The notes: generated by a model not told the origin, from the sequence alone. Shown: positions 23,791-35,565, counted from the first letter of the stretch. The stretch is DNA of 64,000 nucleotides from Octopus bimaculoides (GCF_001194135.2 NC_068981.1:143690460-143754459); one strand, 5' to 3'. Translations and numbers: made by a program.

Positions 23791-25909
23791 CAAGAAATTG
23801 AATTCTATTTTTGATTTTTAAGAGTATTTAAAGCAGGAGAGAAACATGAGAGCCTGATATTGTATTAGGCAGCTGCGTTAAATATCCACAAAATTAAGTC
23901 TTTACATGAGAAATACTTCTGTGAACTAAATATCTTAACCTAAATTTAAATAAAATGACTCAGTTGAAAAAGTCAACGAGGAAGCTTTAACATTAGTCGT
24001 AAAGGGTAGATTATCACAAGTTTACGCAATGAAAGAGTTATCTACAAAAGAGATAACAAACACAGAATGGTCTATTTTCTGAATCAATATATCAAATATA
24101 ATTATAATTGGCACCAAGTTATCGTAGACTAACTCTGATGAATTATATTTGGCAACACGATAAAATGGTACAGATACACATCTCCAGCATTATCGGAAAT
24201 GAAAATGAAAATATTTTAAGGAATTTTAATTCTGACCCGCTAGCACATGGCACGCAAGAGTCTTATAATAAGTAATGCGCCTAACACCGGAGCCTTTCGC
24301 TTTAGGTATAAGTTATATGACGCTGTGAACATAAAATGGTTAACTTAAAGTAATTTTGTGGGAAGATAAAACGTTAGTCTTTGTCTAATATTATTTTAAT
24401 TAGATTTGGAACACGGTAGAAAATTCCTTTGATTTTATGTTGACCTCATCAGCAGAACACAGATTTTAATAATTATTGGTCTTTCTAAACAATGAAAACA
24501 CGACTTTTTGTTTGTTTTCTTTGTTTATGTCGCTATTTGAGTTCATTTACTTTTATTCTTTATTGAATATATTTGTTGTCCTAAGGTAGCTATTTAGAAT
24601 AATTTTACAGTTGCAGAAAACCCTATTTCTATGCATATGTAATAAGCATAATACTTCTCTTTCGTTTTTTCTTTCTTTTTTTTTTTTCAGCGGCGTATCC
24701 TAAATTCAATTATCATTTTTCTGGTTTTCCTGTCTAGCCTTGCTAATTCACTTAGTATATAGATGCGAGGATTATAGCTGCAATGCATCTATGTATGTTG
24801 ATATGCATTGATTCTCTAAGGATAAGGTAGCCAGAAACGACGACTTCAATTGTATCATTGTACTGAATCAATAGTTAACACTTACAATTAGAATCTTATT
24901 TCTTTATTTCATTCATGTTTTCATGACTAGATATTGACTGTACGCTGATAATACAAGACGCTCTGTTTCTCCTTTTAGCCGATAGCCTTTCAGCCATTGT
25001 TGGTTTTCACTATGGTGTAATTCTATATCATGTCTTGCAGGGTTTTAGCAAAGGAGTGGCTTTTCTCGCTCTTATCTTTTAGAATGATTGGAATTTCTTT
25101 TGTATTTTGCTTTTTTTTAAACATTGTTGTTTTCTTTTTATAGAATACATTTCTGTCGCTATAATTAACCTCTAGCTCGTTCTTTATTGTTTTCTTATAC
25201 ATGCAATAAGGTATTATTTTTGGTTTCTTTATGATTCTTTATTAGACTAAACAATTTCCTGTTGCTTGTTTCTATTATTAGGTAACACAGCGTTGCCTTG
25301 TTTTGTTGGGAACGGCTGACGGTTTTGCTCCGTCTGTTACTCTTATGGCACGATTTCCAAGTTTGAAAGAACTGAAAACGAATACCTTCCCCTTCAATCA
25401 TTTCTTCAAGTTCTCTCAGGAAACGGATGTTTTGGATATTTGCAAAGACTGTCTCTGTTCCTTCAGGATCTCCTTTGTTGCAGTTACTTAAAATTAAGAT
25501 TGGATTTCTTTTCATTTTAATCATCAGAAATCAATTCTATTTTCTTAAGAAAATTTTGTCCCTGCCATGAAGACCGCTTGTTTATTTTCTCGGTGATTAC
25601 AGTAAACAAAAGCGCAAAGTAAGCTCTCTGATGAGTTCTTTCTTTTGTCGGTGGAAGAAACTTTGGTATTGCTCTTGAAAAGGTCATCGGTATAATACAA
25701 TTTTGATACCGGAATTAGTTTTGGTGGGAGCGTGGGTTTAATGTTATTGACCCGCATACATAGAACTGTATGGCAAACGCCTTCTCCTTGACCAATCCAG
25801 TCCGGTCTCAATGCATTTGTTATCGTTGTTGTTCCTGTTGTTGTTGTTACTACTGATGCTGCTGTTGCTACCCCTCCTGCTGTTGTTGTCGATGTTGTTT
25901 TTCTTTGTC

Positions 25910-26050
25910 TTCTTCTTCTTCTTCTTCTTCTTCTTCTTCTTCTTCTTCTTCTTCTTCTTCTTCTTCTTCTTCTTCTTCTTCTTCTTCTTCTTCTTCTTCT
26001 TCTTCTTCTTCTCCTTCTTCCTCTTCCTCTTCTTCTTCTTTCTCGTCTCC
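25910..26050. repeat. (CTT)n microsatellite preceded by degenerate (GTT/GCT)n
   Basis: Direct reading; explains the poly-K/E/F/S ORFs. Confidence 0.95.
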
Positions 26051-26672
26051 TTCTTCTTCACTTGCCGTTGTTCTTGTTTGGGTCGCAGGTTTACCCTGAT
26101 CGATCAGACCAGCGAGCAAGAGAGTTCCAGTCGTGTCCACCCTAACTGCTTCTGCACAGAGAACCCAGGACACTAATATGCAGGAAATTTGGTCCCCATT
26201 TCTTAAAGCGTGCGAAACCGCATAGATGCTCCTTTCTTGGTTTCAGCGAAGTATGCTGGTGAAGACGGTGAATACACAAGCGAATAAAGCATTCTTTTTG
26301 AGCACATTTTTTTCCTTCATATTAAATAATACATTTCTGCTAACCTCCACATTTTCGTCTGTCAGAAATGTTGCATCAGATCGATTTGGCTTGAGATTTC
26401 GTATTATAGTTATATGTTTAAGAAACTGATCGAAATCGCAACGCACTCACATTTTTTTTTTTTTTTCCTTTTCAGTAGCTACAAGTATCGCGTGTAAAAG
26501 TTTAGGTCGACGTTTCATATTTTCGTTTTGTGATTCATGGATATCCTTTTTTCAAACGAATAGCTAATAACTTCAGACGACATAAGTGCGTGCTGACATA
26601 AGTTGTTAAACACAGTTTCAGCTTCTACTTGCAATCCTCATTCTCTAAGCTCTGTAAGTCATATACATTTAC

Positions 26673-26737
26673 CTCGACAGAAATCAAGCATCACAAGGTA
26701 GAGATTTTCTTTGTCGTCTGTCTTCTTTCCTACACAT
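26673..26737 (-). CDS. Candidate 65-nt coding exon (xCVGKKTDDKENLYLVMLDFCR), the best exon candidate in the window
   Basis: Acceptor attatttatgtttgtcag|, donor GAG|GTAAAT; only one frame is open; purine-rich exon in unique sequence; phase 2 in, phase 1 out. Confidence 0.45.
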
Positions 26738-27172
26738 CTGACAAACATAAATAATCTGTGAGATGAATGTGAGATCTATCTTTATCGACGTGATATTAAC
26801 TTTATGTGAATACGAGTGTGTGTGTGTGTGTGTGTTCATGTGCGTTTGTATCTATGTATTTGTCTGTTGTATGTGTCTTTCTGCTTTGCGTGCCTTTTTC
26901 TCTCTCTTTAATCACTATTATATACACATAGAGAAATAGCTACCTATATATATATAGACAATAGAATAGATAGCTCTACGTTCAATCGTCACCACAATAA
27001 CNNNNNNNNNNNNNNNNNNNNNNNNNNNNNNNNNNNNNNNNNNNNNNNNNNNNNNNNNNNNNNNNNNNNNNNNNNNNNNNNNNNNNNNNNNNNNNNNNNN
27101 NNNNNNNNNNNNNNNNNNNNNNNNNNNNNNNNNNNNNNNNNNNNNNNNNNNTGTATATGTGTATGTATATAC

Positions 27173-27203
<31 letters not shown>

Positions 27204-28093
27204 CATATAGATATACATATTTATAAATATGTATATACATATATGTGTGTGCATGTGTGTATATGTATGTATGTATCTATGTATTAAGAGTATGAGAAAG
27301 AGACAGTAAAACAGACAGGAGAGAGAAATTAAAAGAACGAAAACGAAAGAAAAAGATAAAAATGAGATAGATAGATAGATAGATGTATAGTACATAAATG
27401 ATGCATATATATATATGCATATATACACATACATACAATACTACATGCATACAAAAAATGTTGATAGACTGAGAAACAGAAAAAGTAAAGGAAGAAGAAT
27501 GAAAAAGAAGAGAGACAGAAACAAACCCAAAAAATATTTTTAAAAAAAAAACAAAGAAAGAAATGGAAAGAAATACACAGAAAATTGGCAAGAATGGATC
27601 AATTTTTGCGATGGAGAATAGAGAATAGTAGAATACACAATTCAACTCGTGTAACTACAGCACAACATTATTTTTCTAATTTTTTTATTTATGTATTTCA
27701 TATGTAGGTCTTTATTTTTTCTATAACAAATAATATCATTGTCAAAGTATGAAAGAAGCTTGAGAAACAAGCAGAGAAATACAATACTGATTCAATTCTT
27801 AATCATGAATATGCGGCTGTAAGCGAGACACCACAACTGGGAGAGGCAACATTGTCATCCGTCTAATGAGAGACTTTTGTGTATTTCCCTGATTGGACCT
27901 TAGTTGCAATCATCATATGGCACTCATATATGTGTATATGTGTATATTTATATATACAAGCATGTGTGTGCGTGCGTGAGAGAGAGAGGGAGAGAGAGAG
28001 ATATACATCTTTCAATACATAGATACATATATACATTCATATACATGTCTAAGGTCTTGGTAGGGTTGTAAAGTTAAGGTAATTTCAGAGAAG

Positions 28094-28148
28094 CACTCGA
28101 CCCGAAAATTGTCGGGTTTCAGGCCAAAGCTGGAATTCCTCAGGTGTA
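28094..28148 (-). ncRNA. Type I hammerhead ribozyme, near-complete
   Basis: Minus strand reads tacac-CTGAGGA-attcca(gctt)tggcct-GAA-ACCCGA(caattt)TCGGGT-C^gagtg. Full CUGANGA/GAAA core, perfect 6-bp stem III, GUC cleavage triplet, stem I 4/5 paired, stem II 4/6 paired. Confidence 0.75.
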
Positions 28149-28209
28149 GATAATCCAAGTTACACGAGAATCACACCGTAAAGTAGGCTTGGGAAAGAAT
28201 AAATAATCA

Positions 28210-28649
28210 AAATGATAAGAAGACAAAGAAAATTCTTTAACACATCTTTAATGGTTCGTTACAATTGTTTCTGTACCAACTTTAATTGCAACGGCAGTTT
28301 ACGCAAAAGTTCGAAGTGAAATCTTAGGTACTGTTTGCAGTTTTAGACATTAAACAGGCACTTCATCAGACTTGCATCAAAGGGGAGCAATCACATTTTT
28401 TGTCTTCCAGACATTTTTTTTTTTTTTTTTTGCTTTTATCAGGAGGAAACAAAAACTATGTACCAAGTGATAGCACACCTTTGATGCAAGTCTGATGAAG
28501 ATCTCTAATGTCTGAAACTGCATATTACGTAAATTTTCACATCCAATTTTCGCGTAAACTGGTGTTGCAAATAGAGTTGATACAGAAACAATTGTAACGT
28601 ATCATTAAAGATGTGTTAAAGAATTTTCTTTGTCTTCTTCTTATCATTT
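28210..28649. repeat. Inverted repeat with arms of about 173 bp (28210-28383 and 28478-28649), each carrying an HHR-like core
   Basis: The left-arm reverse complement cctttgatgcaagtctgatgaag...aagaattttctttgtcttcttatcattt aligns colinearly with the right arm; roughly 80% identity by eye. Confidence 0.9.
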
Positions 28650-30131
28650 GCATGTATATATATGTGTATATATGCACACACATATTTTTTTATGTATATG
28701 TATATATATATGTGTATATATATGCCCATATATATATATATATATATATATGTTGATATATATGTATGCTGGTATATATATGTATATATAAAAACAATTG
28801 CAGCGTGGGAGGTGTTGATAAGCCATTTAAGAAACACATAAAAACCGTTAGATTCACTTCAACATTTAAATTTGATTTGCCAAAATATTTTCGTGGCTTT
28901 GAGACCACGACCTGTTCACTGACAAAATTCCGTGCTGCACGGTAAATGTGTATTTCTATATACCTTGGGCCTGCCACCTCATTGTTCTCTGTCAAGTGTT
29001 TCAACTCCAGCTGTTCGTTGTATCAGTTAACACACATACACTGACCCACCATTCCGCTGACGTAGCCGTAAAGACGAAAAGTTGCCAATGCGTAATGTTG
29101 TTAATATTAGGATATAAACTGTTCATTTATTTCAAATATAATAGAAATAAGATGATCTTAATGTTATCACGTTAGAAATAAAAGTGAAACAATATCATCT
29201 TTTGACACGAAATAGCGAACCAGTCTGAAAGAGTGCTCCCGGGCCCGCATTAGGCACGAAGTTGAAACTGTTTTTCTCCCATGACACTCCAAGCACCCCG
29301 AGTAAGGCATATGTAAAATTTGATTGAAACCGGTTGGGTACCTCTCGAGTTTTCGGGATTCACACATACAGACACACACACATTCTCAGTTTTATATATA
29401 TAGATGTAAAGAGGAGTACAAAAATAGAATTACTCGGACGTTGGTTTAATATTTCGGAAGTTAACATATACAGTCAGCCTCGATTTCATGCTTTCTACCG
29501 CTATCCATCACTTTCTCATAAACACACATACATACACGCACACACACAAGCACATACACACACATACACACACACACACACACACATGCACAAATACACA
29601 CACGCACACACAAACACACACATGCACACACACACACACTCACACACATACACACATACATACACACACACAAACACAAACACACACAAACACAAACATT
29701 AATGGTTGATTTGGAAAAGTACGAAGTACGATGCTCCTTTGCTTTAAGAACATTTAACTGCGAAATTGATAAGAATCAAATGAAACCGAGAATCTAAAAA
29801 ATAAATGTTTATCTCCTGAGGAAATGAAACGAATAAATAATAGCTTAAATGTCGGTTATTATAAAGTATTGTTATAGATTCCTCTTTTCGTTTCTCATCA
29901 GCATGATGTAGATAATTTATGATGGTAGTATCCGAGAAATTAAGGAATTTATGATAAAAAGGGAAAAACATGTAAATATAATCGCGAATTGGCAATTTAT
30001 TTCAAATTTCTGTTCTCTTTGGCAAACAGTTAAATACTGCTTTTGTTTATGTTTCCAAATGAGTTGTCGATTTACAAATGATTTCTACCTATCTATCTTT
30101 ATATATATATATATATTTAAATATATGTGTT

Positions 30132-30182
<51 letters not shown>

Positions 30183-30189
30183 TTCCATA

Positions 30190-30270
30190 GGCGCATGAGT
30201 AGCTGTGTGGTAAGTAGCTTGCTTACCAACAACATGGTTCTGAGTTTAGTCCTACTGCGTGGCACCTTCT
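30190..30270 (+). mobile_element. SINE family B, 5' fragment
   Basis: ggcgcatgagtagctgtgtggtaagtagcttgcttacc...ctgcgtggcacc; same head as 43108 and 61323. Confidence 0.8.
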
Positions 30271-30301
30271 AAAAGAGAGAGAGAGTATATACATATATAT
30301 T

Positions 30302-30332
<31 letters not shown>

Positions 30333-30344
30333 ACATATATATAC

Positions 30345-30399
<55 letters not shown>

Positions 30400-30730
30400 C
30401 ATATCCTTTTCATGATTCGTGAGAATTTAAGTATTTCAACGTGTAGGATGTCAAGAAAGATCTGATGTGGGCTTACAATACTCTGGAGCAACGTATATTT
30501 GTCGTTTGTTGGTTGTATGCTGTAAATATGCATATGTATACATAACATCTATTTGTCAATATAGAAATACACATATTCAAATTCACATATATATAGGTAT
30601 CCGAACCAACACAAACTGTAGATCCAACTCAGAGATGGTTCGGAATATAGCTTGTGTTCTTCTTGTATATACGTGTATGTGTGTGTGTGTGTGGGGGGGG
30701 GTGAGTATGTGTGTGTGTGTGTGTTTGTGA

Positions 30731-30789
<59 letters not shown>

Positions 30790-30792
30790 GCC

Positions 30793-30975
30793 ACATGGGT
30801 CCGTGGTTAGAGCGTTGTGCTCATAATCATGAGGTAGTAAGTATCATTGTCGGAATGGGCTGTGTGATGTGTTATTCAGCAAGACACTTTAGCCCTCGTT
30901 GCTCCTTTCACTCAGCTGTACGAATGAGTTGTGACTTACTAGTGCCAAGCTGTATCGGGCTTTGTATTAATTTAA
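30793..30975 (+). mobile_element. SINE family C
   Basis: acatgggtccgtggttagagcg (A-box-like)...tgtgttattcagcaagacactt...cactcagctgt. Confidence 0.6.
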
Positions 30976-30990
30976 GGGATTGTCTTGATT

Positions 30991-31098
30991 TAAGGGATAC
31001 ATACTTCGTAGTGTTGTTATTGGATTAGCGAAACACTATGAGAACAGAATCAAGGGATAAGACCCACCTTTCTAGGAATTACCGGGTAGGTCAGCTAG
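30991..31098 (+). mobile_element. Isolated Helitron 3' terminus (about 110 bp), an inverted copy of 31300-31408
   Basis: Ends ttctaggaattaccgggtaggtcagCTAG|T; 7 differences from the reverse complement of the right-hand copy. Confidence 0.75.
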
Positions 31099-31238
31099 TA
31101 CATATACACACACATATATATATATATATATATATGTGTGTATATATATATATATATACTGATGGGCTTGGTAAAAATTATTAATTGTTAATTGATTTAT
31201 TAATTAATAAATTGATAATCCTTTACCCTTTTAATTTG

Positions 31239-31294
<56 letters not shown>

Positions 31295-31299
31295 ATGTA

Positions 31300-33030
31300 C
31301 TAGCTCACCTACCCGATAATTCCCGGAAAGGTGGGTCTTATCCCTTGATTCTGTTCTCATAGCTGTTTCGCTAATCTAATAACAACAATACGAAGTATGT
31401 ATCCCTTACAACGATTTTGGTGCATTTACAGAGAATACCTAACTGTCTTACATAGGATCTTGTTTTTAGGAAATCCCAATAAGTTATGAATACCCAAATC
31501 GTGAAGTCAGTTACATAATAACATGAAATTATTTACCCGATAGTTAGAATTCAAATTAAGAAGCCCCGAAAATGGCTTTCCTGCGTTCCGAGAGTATATA
31601 GAACTTAAGCGGAAATACCAATAAGGTATGTATACCAAAATCGGGAAGCATGTTACGTATTAACAGGCTAATCAGATGAGATAATAACAATTCATAGTAA
31701 ATAACTCTGAAAAGGGCTTTTTCTCGTTTCCAGAAAATATAACCCTTAGGCACGCTAGTGTTGAAATATATTTACAATGTATGTAGCAACAGACTGACAT
31801 TTAGTTTAACAGTAGACATAAATATATTTGAATATAGATTTTAAAATAAAATAACTTGTAGATTATCAATACATTTACAACACTTACAAATATTACAGAT
31901 GAATAATAATTACCTGATGATTTGGTGAATCTTATTAAGTTTGTAGAGCTTCTTGATAAACAACATTTTTAGTCTTTCCTTGTGGGGCATAAATAAACTA
32001 ATAATTAGGCTTGCCACATAAATTTCGGAATGGGAGAAAAATCTTGAGCTTCCCACATAAATTTCGGAATGGGAGAAAACTGGTTCCGCAAGGTTCAAAA
32101 ACCACACCCAAGGATTGCCCCTGGGCCTTGTTAATGCTCATTGCAATGCTCAGTTTCAACGGGAATTGCAGGCGCTTGTACTGGAAAGGAATATCCGAGG
32201 GAATAAGTGGAATTCAAGAAATGAATACAGGCTCACCGCTTGCTTTACCAGTCAAACGTATTGTCTACAAGATTGTTAGCATTACGTTCTTTATTATAAG
32301 CCGTGTGCCATTGCAAAGCTTTGGTGGATCGAGGTTTCGAAGCAGCATAACTGGTGCCCTAATTTCGAGGTGCAAGTTATGAGGTGGGAGGCCGGTTGAT
32401 GTCGGACTATTCAAGAATTCAACTGGATAATTCACAGCTTCATCGATGTTAAGTACAGTGTCAATGGAATTGTAGATGTGACATACACCTGGCAACTGTT
32501 CCAGAATTTTGATGTTCAAATCATCAATTGCCACATTCTTTGGAGCTAAAACGGCACAGGTTTTCGGCCAGTCAGTTGTAGCCTGTAAACTGATTCCTCT
32601 GGTTAGGAAACACCTTATTCATTAATTCCTTTAAATCAGATACCATATGTCCAAAAGGCAAGCTTACCCGGCCATCCTTCACGTCAATCGAAGTGCCATT
32701 ACCGACGTCCAACAGTTGCTTTGGAAAGGTTCTGTCTGCATCCTCACCACTAAGCTGTAGCCTCATGTTGGTTGTGAGTCTCAGTTTTTGCACACTGCTC
32801 CATAGGTAGAACGACTTTATGCTGGCATTTAACTCTTGTCCCCTTTGAAACCACGGCACCCCCATCAGCTTGCTGTTGTGTCTCAGATCTTGAAAGGCCT
32901 TGTCAAGAGCTTCAAAGGAAACCTTATGGCTCATTGTTGCCTGATCCCAGATGATCAGCCTGTATTCACCCAGAAGTTTGCCTTTTATAGAATCACGACT
33001 GAAGTTGCAGTTTGCTTTCTCTTTCTTGGG
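31300..33030 (-). mobile_element. Helitron 3' portion: dead Pif1-like helicase C-half plus 3' hairpin-CTAG end
   Basis: Minus translations RLIIWDQATMSHK (Walker B), LRLTTNMR, YPVEFLNS...LPPHNLHL, LLRNLDPPKLCNGTRL, RLQFPLKLSIAMSINKAQGQS and EPVFSHSEIYV. Terminus ttccgggaattatcgggtaggtgagCTAG|T at 31300. Confidence 0.9.
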
Positions 33031-33035
33031 CCCAC

Positions 33036-33106
33036 GGTCATATCGCGTAGTGTTTAAGGGCGCGGGTTACTAACCCAAAGATTCCGTGTTTGATTCCAAG
33101 CAGTGA

Positions 33107-33192
<86 letters not shown>

Positions 33193-33406
33193 TGAGTTTC
33201 TCTGCCCTAGGTGTACGGAAAACAGTCGGCGAGAAATGGAAGAAAATTTGAAGAAAGGAAAAAAAAAACAATATAATAATAATAATGATAATAATAATAA
33301 TGATAATAATAATAATAAAGGGCATAAAATGAGTTTCTCTGCCCTAGGTGTACGGAAAACAGTCGGCGAGAAATGGAAGAAAATGTGAAGAAAGAAGAAA
33401 AAAACA

Positions 33407-33501
<95 letters not shown>

Positions 33502-33845
33502 GTGATCATGATGGTGATCATGATGGTGATCATGATGGTGATCATGATGGTGATCATGATGGTGATCATGATGGTGATCATGATGGTGATCATGATGATT
33601 AGAAGAAGAAGAAGAAGAAGAAGAAGAAGAAGAAGAAGAAGAAGAAGAAGAAGAAGAAGAAGAAGAAGAAGAAGAAGAAGAAGAAGAAGAAGAAAAAGAA
33701 GAAGACGACGACCTTAAGAATGAGAACCCAGTTTCGAAATTTCCCCAGGATACCTGAAGATGGCTGGAGAGTATATCAGCTAAAACCTGTTAACAACAAA
33801 CATGATGAGGACAAATACCCGTCAAAAACAAATAATGTGTATACA
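33036..33845 (+). mobile_element. Composite SINE-like element: tRNA-like head, expanded simple repeats and hammerhead-bearing tail
   Basis: Head 33036-33108 (73 nt, GGTCA/TGACC acceptor stem, anticodon loop TT-ACT-AA, A/B-box-like motifs). Then (AAT)n, a duplicated unit of about 95 bp, (GAT)n, (GGTGATCATGAT)n and (AAG)n. Tail 33710-33845 is homologous to 550-720. That head and tail form one unit is inferred. Confidence 0.6.
33748..33792 (+). ncRNA. Degenerate minimal hammerhead (predicted inactive)
   Basis: gatac-CTGAAGA-t-GGCTG-gagagtatat-CAGCT-AAAAC. Stem II is intact, but GAAA is mutated to AAAA and the cleavage triplet is deleted. Confidence 0.5.
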
Positions 33846-34024
33846 TACATATATATATAACCAGCTTCTTACCACACAGCCACACACACACGTATTTATA
33901 TATGTGTGTACCCTCTTGTCTCAAAAAAGATGTATGTCAATTTGAGAGAATTATTTAATTCTTAAAATTACTTTTTATTCTTATTTGGAGTTGTCTCTCA
34001 CCACCATGCCATCAAGCGACTTAC

Positions 34025-34071
34025 CTATCTTCAATGGAATTGGATACAATTTCAATAAATGATGAATTTAC
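34025..34071 (-). CDS. Candidate 47-nt exon (VNSSFIEIVSNSIED)
   Basis: Perfect donor TAG|GTAAGT; weak acceptor ataccatgccag|; only one open frame; phase 0 in, phase 2 out. Confidence 0.28.
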
Positions 34072-34547
34072 CTGGCATGGTATTTAATATACCCTTATTC
34101 ATCTGTACACACGCACAATACACATGCTTATACATATATTTACCAGTGAATATATCCTTATTGAACACTGTTGAAATGCTTAATTTTGTACCTTATGTGC
34201 ACCGTTTTCGTGTTTCATCTTACTAATGTTCTTTATTTACTTTCACTGCCTCGAAAAAGAAAATCGTTATTCATTACCATACTTATTATTATTATTGTTA
34301 TTATTATTATTATTATGTATTCGTAGAATTCGTAATGCACCAGATGAATGTCTTCCGTTTTCTCTATATGCTCAGTTTAAGTAAAATTCCGCCGATTTCA
34401 CACTAGCCTTACATTTGGCTGGGATCGATAAAATTAATACTAATCAAGTACTACGTTGATTTTTTTACCTCGTATTAATTGCACTTCCTGACTTTACGTG
34501 TGCATTGCTAACAGTAACATTAATTTATGTGTGTTAACTATATATAT

Positions 34548-34606
<59 letters not shown>

Positions 34607-34663
34607 NNNNNNNNNNNNNNNNNNNNNNNNNNNNNNNNNNNNNNNNNNNNNNNNNNNNNNNNN

Positions 34664-34724
<61 letters not shown>

Positions 34725-35565
34725 TATCTACATGTATGTATGCCCTACGATTTTACTAATGTATCTGCCTGCATATGTGTAATCATTCACAAAGCACCTG
34801 GAATTACGGGTAATCTTTCTGTTTTCAATCCCCACTATCAGATTAACACAATTTCCAGATTTTTAGATTTAGGTAATTTTTGAATTTTTTAGACAGAAAC
34901 GTATTATCTGCTATGACTAATAACATCAATCACAATACACTTCTCTTCTTGGATACCAATATCCGGTCGATTTGCCTTAATTTTCATTTTCTGGGCGCCA
35001 ATATCCGGTTGATTTGACTTATCATGATCACTCTGTCATTCTTTGAGACCATTTTTATATATGTGTATATAATTTTCTGTTAGTTGGTATTTAATAATGC
35101 TAGTATGACTTCTAGCGATTGAAAGTGAGTGTTTTCACATTTTCATGCATGGACACGTACTCATATTCACCTCTTTCAAGGTTGTGCAGCTAAACGTAAT
35201 ATGTTTTGTAGTTACTTTACAACACCCAGTTTTAATACGTTGTACAGGGCACGGCACCCAATGCCCTTTTACCCTTTAATAAACGTTTTAACAGCAAAGG
35301 CATGGCGTACACCGGTTCAAACTATAACGAAACCTATCAAAAAATGAACACAACGAAAACCTAAAATATGTAAATATGTGGGAGATGTTTTTGCCACACT
35401 ATATTCTGCTTTATTTTATATGATTTTGAAACCGTTGTTGTGAGATTGCATTCATCTTGTCATATTAAAACCAGATTTCGAGTGAGTTCTGCGCTGCTCA
35501 GGCAAAGTATTAACCTTTTCCTTGTCATCGTCTCTTATGATATTCAGCTGAATATAGTGTATAAT

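Noticed and set aside
25629-25675. Hammerhead-like CTGATGAG...GAAAC
   Set aside because: No G10.1-C11.1 pair and no stem I; consistent with chance.
26673-26737. Protein-kinase reading of DDKENLYLVM
   Set aside because: It resembles kinase subdomain IV-V, but the upstream residues do not fit, the hinge has an extra residue, and no other kinase motifs were found.
28918-28950. Hammerhead-like CTGACAA-aatt-CCGTG(ctg)CACGG-TAAA
   Set aside because: The stem is good, but two core positions are wrong and the spacing is off; unsupported without a family consensus.
29870-29900. CTGATGA-GAAAC-GAAA on the minus strand
   Set aside because: Essentially no stem II and no valid stem III or NUH site.
33036-33108. 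Functional tRNA gene with anticodon ACT
   Set aside because: The T-stem pairs at only 2/5, the anticodon stem at 3/5, and the B box is mutated (GTTTGATTC); better explained as a SINE head.
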